NCBI GenBank assembly: GCA_964187785.1
Contig: OZ076409.1
Coordinates: forward strand, 63,800,001-63,864,000
DNA: 64,000 nucleotides
Direction: 5' to 3'
From: Amphiscolops sp. MND2022
Lineage: Eukaryota
The notes below the pieces were generated by a model, which searched no databases, was not told the DNA's origin, and was given only the letters and a program-made list of their open reading frames with translations. The position numbers were made by a program, and so were the translations under genes. Below, one piece after another: positions 60,301-64,000 of this stretch (within the stretch, counting starts at the first letter, position 1; every line of letters begins with the position of its first letter).

Positions 60301-61750
60301 TGTAGGACTTATCTTTTAATACAAGAACACCTTCCAAAGTTCAATACAGAACAACGTAGATAAAGCCAAAGAAACTCTTTTCAAGCTAGACGTACTAGAC
60401 AGTAAAATTGAATTTGAATTAGAGACAAAACTGATTTTTTTTCGACACTTTGATACAATCTATACTGTTATATGGTTGCGAAATCTGGGGCCACGACAAA
60501 TTTGAACGAAATAAAATCTTTCGTCATAGTTTTCTACGGCGAATTCTTCGAGTCAGGAAACGCGCCTCAAAAGCATTGGTCTACGGAGAATTAGGCCGAA
60601 ATGAACTCAAACTCGATATATGGTGTTCCTATCCTTAAATGTGGTGTACCACTGGTTGATAAACATATTAGTGACATAGGTGATGCTTAATTCAACCGAT
60701 TCATCACGCGACAATGTAAAGCTCTAGCTCTCCATTATTGGTATTCAATGATGAAAACGACCTCAATCTGTGAATGTTATGTTACATATAAACACCGTCT
60801 GCACTAAGAGAAATTTCTCTGTCTGGTGAAAAGTAGGGATAGGATTAGTCTGGCACAATTTCGATGTGCACCATTAACACTACCTAGAATTATAGTGAAA
60901 CTTGATGTCCTCCAGCGCGATGACTGTCTTTACTGCAACGATGTGTGGAAAGCAGACGAATATCATCTGCTATCAGTATGCAGTTTTTTTACATGCACCC
61001 GAATCTGATTAAGTTAGACCAGCTGATGAACTCCGTGAATGTCCAACTCCTTAGAAACCTTTCAGTTTATTGCAGAACTATCTGCAACGCTAGTTTCGAT
61101 TGAACTAACTATATGAATACTTTCGTGTTGTTCTTTGAGTTTATTTTTGTGATTGTATTTTGTATGCCTGGGGGCAACACATTAGATGCACAGGCAAGCC
61201 TTATTTGCTCAAAGCGCAACATTGTGCTTTCAATATCTCGGATTCCACGACCATACCTTTAACCGTGCAAAATTGCAAATTACGTCATTTGTCCCGGATT
61301 CCACGGATTTCGTCGTAGATTCCAGTAACAAATGCTTAGCTGTACGCACTGTCGGTGTCCCGGATTCCACAAAAACGAAAGTTTTGCAAAATGAACCAAT
61401 TAGATTGCAGAAATCATAAATTTCCTGGATTCCACGACTTTATGCTTGACGCGATACGCGGAATCTGTTCTTTAATTAAATTCAAGTGGAAGACTGAACA
61501 AACATAATATTATGCACTACTTTCCGTATATTAATTCAAAATGACAAACACACCAATATCACGCAATATATTCGTATTTTTCGAAGTTTAGTACCAGTTC
61601 TGAACAATCTGCCAGATCATCACAATCATAACATCAAAGAGAAATTTTGTTCTGGATTCCACGACTTTTCTCAATTTTCGTGTCCCGGATTCCACGAAAA
61701 GCAGCAAAATAGCTTGCCTGTGCACTGTAATGCAAACAATAAATATTCTC
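57340..61750 (+). mobile_element. Decayed near-full-length APE-type LINE (CR1/L2-group-like)
   Basis: Coiled-coil ORF1 from 57359 with VIVQEQLTRAR. ORF2: LLNVRG, GLTETL, GDFNARTG, KSSGLDSV, PDEW, NPNNY, AFDRVDH, xADDTV, LLYGCEIWG, C-terminal CLYC....DEYHLLSVC. AATAAA at 61738. Heavily frameshifted. Confidence 0.88.
61191..61720. mobile_element. MITE nested in the LINE 3' UTR
   Basis: TGCA|CAGGCAAGC ... GCTTGCCTG|TGCA; multiple internal ggattccac motifs. Confidence 0.7.
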
Positions 61751-62099
61751 TCCCCTCCTCTGTGATGGGATCTATTGTACGACCAATTTTCTACTGTTTG
61801 TAAGGGCGAATTTCCTCATTTTCGTTATGCAATTCATTGCGTATACTTTCCTGTGTAGAAAATTGCCTTCCACTAAATGTAATATTACCCACAAGATAAT
61901 AAAAAAAGTAATAATTGGCGATTAAATTGTGGACGAATTTCAGCCTTTAATATTTGAGACGAATTGTCGTCTTTTCAAAATGGGACGTATTGTCGCTCGG
62001 GACGAATTGTCGCTTTACTAAAGGCCCTGTATGTTCCACCGGATTTCGGCTTGAGAATTTTGTGAAGGTCATGTTCTTTCCGGATTGATAACGTCTAAG

Positions 62100-62790
62100 T
62101 CTGATAAGCAAACTGTCCATCTTGCTCTGTATTGCTTGTGATGTCCTCTGTTCTGCATGAATGGAGGCAAGAATTAATAATCGATTTTTAGTGTAGCTTT
62201 TACCATCCAGGTGAAAGCAGAATTTTTAAATCCCAATGGTTTTTCCAATTGTGCATTTGCGATTTGATGTGTGGAGAACTTTTGATGATGTTTTCCTCCT
62301 CCATCCAATCCATTTCGATTCACTGTTTATCTTGCATTCTTTTCGATTGCATTTCTTTTCCGCATATGACTCTCTAGTATTCCATCATCTTTACGGAAAT
62401 GATGTTTTCTGGGTCGTTGCTTCATCGATTGATATTTTTGAGACTGCTCATCATATATCGTTCATGAAATTTTGTTCCGTTCCCCAAAAATTCCGGGTCT
62501 CTTTGTGGGCTGCTTTGAAGAACTCTGCTCGCAGGTGTTCTGGTCTGTCTTGTTAGATCTTTCCATCTTTGCGAGGATCAGACTCTTCAGATCACTTATC
62601 TCTGACTGGAGGACTGAGAACTTTCGTTGTTATGTGTCCTTAATCTTAGTAATTTGAGTTGTTACGTCGATTTCCACAGAGACTTCATCAGTAGCAGCAT
62701 TAGTGTCTGACATTATAACGTTTCCTTCAGTTGATCTATCAATTTCTGAACCAAGTTTTTTCCCTTCCTGAGTTTTCTATCTTGCTTTAC
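62100..62790 (-). pseudogene. gag-like remnant of another LTR element
   Basis: RKLRKGKKLGSE...FSVLQSEISDLKSLILAKME resembles the 7405 fragment (LRNGK...FSHLQSEMSMLKAMME). Stops present. Confidence 0.4.
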
Positions 62791-64000
62791 TCTCATGTAA
62801 GGAAGAAATGATGGAGTTGGTAAATGGCTTGAGTTAGAGTTAATTCGATAAAGAAGTTTTGCATTTGTGTTTTGTTAGTCCGTTTTCTGTCTAATATAAC
62901 TTTACTCCCATGTAAAACCAATCGCTCAAGATATCCTTAGCACATTAGTTTATGCTGAGTTTTACAGTACAGATATGAAACTATTATCAAAAGCACTTTG
63001 AGTCAGTTGTTTGTAAGTGACGATAAAAAGGCGAGGAATTGTTGCACAATTTGGTACAAATCCATACTTCATAGTTCGAGCAACTTGGGTTGGAAGAGTT
63101 GTAAACGATGCAAAGGCGATGATATAAAGGTTCAAAAGGTAAATAAAGAACAGAGGTCAGGCGATGGGAATCAGTTGAAAACGTCAAGTGATACCGAGAT
63201 AATATAAAAATGAGTTGCGATTTCAAAGGTAGGTTTGGCAACGTTTTGTTAAGTGGTCACAATGGTAAAACAAGTCTTGATGATTATTCAGTGATGGCTG
63301 CGTCTCCTTTGGCGAATCTTGCTTGTCATAATCGGATGGTACGACGCAATCCTTATCATCCTGACTCCATTTGTCTAATTCTGGGTTGGTGGTAATTGCT
63401 AGTCACGTGATGGTCGGTGGTGTGAATTGCGGCTGAATGGTGAAACTGATGTAATATCTATATATCTGATTAACTTTATGTGAGTCATCAGTATATATGG
63501 CTTTGCGAATTACCAGTGGCATCAAGGCATTTTCTGTAACATGATGTAAAAACAAAGAAACTTTTACATGAGTTACATAAGGTTCCAAAAAACATCTAAT
63601 AGTCATGGTCATATAAACAATTTTCCTCACTGATGGGTTCACGATGGATTGTGAGAATCTGAGGCGTGGTGATTCATGTATTGATGCAAAACAGCACATT
63701 TACTCGCCTTCAACTTAATGAATTACACCAGATTATTTTTGCCTGTGCTTTTCAGGACAAATCGAGGTTGGTTTAAACCATCGATGAATTTGAGATAGCG
63801 TTCCCTTTCTGCTCAAACAAGTGGTAGTAACAACGGGTGCTCAAAAACGAGGGACACTTTTTGCTCGAAAAGTATGATTTCTCAGGTGAAAACATGGAAA
63901 AAACTGAAGAGAACCCTTTGGCCAAAGTGAATTCTTTTGAATGGTGCCCTACCCGAAAAAAAAAGCTAAAGAGAAGCCCTTCGGTCCCACATAGTTTCGA

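Overview
AT-rich, repeat-dense animal genomic DNA. The spliceosomal introns and TE content suggest an invertebrate; no taxon can be fixed from the sequence alone. There are two host genes. The first is an intact 9-exon CPEB2/3/4-subfamily (Orb2-type) gene on + (15728-24420, about 600 aa, with a Q/N/P-rich N-terminus, two RRMs and a ZZ finger). It contains a 24-nt, phase 1-1 candidate microexon at the position of the vertebrate neuronal CPEB 'B-region' microexon. The second is the 3' part of a MANSC1/C11orf24-like single-pass membrane protein gene on - (33171-37560). Most of the rest is mobile DNA: a ~17 kb decayed Ty3/Gypsy locus carrying, downstream of pol, a convergent intron-containing gene with a zinc finger and hAT-transposase-like features; a solo LTR with a 5-bp TSD that contains the start of gag; two APE-type LINEs; a CRE-like RLE retroelement in the last CPEB intron; hAT-, Mutator- and TA-type MITEs; and many Helentron-like (HINE) repeats. 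Three spacer-less perfect palindromes (436, 106 and 148 bp) lie just upstream of CPEB, and there are several recent tandem or complex duplications. All family assignments are by eye from motifs; no database search was run.
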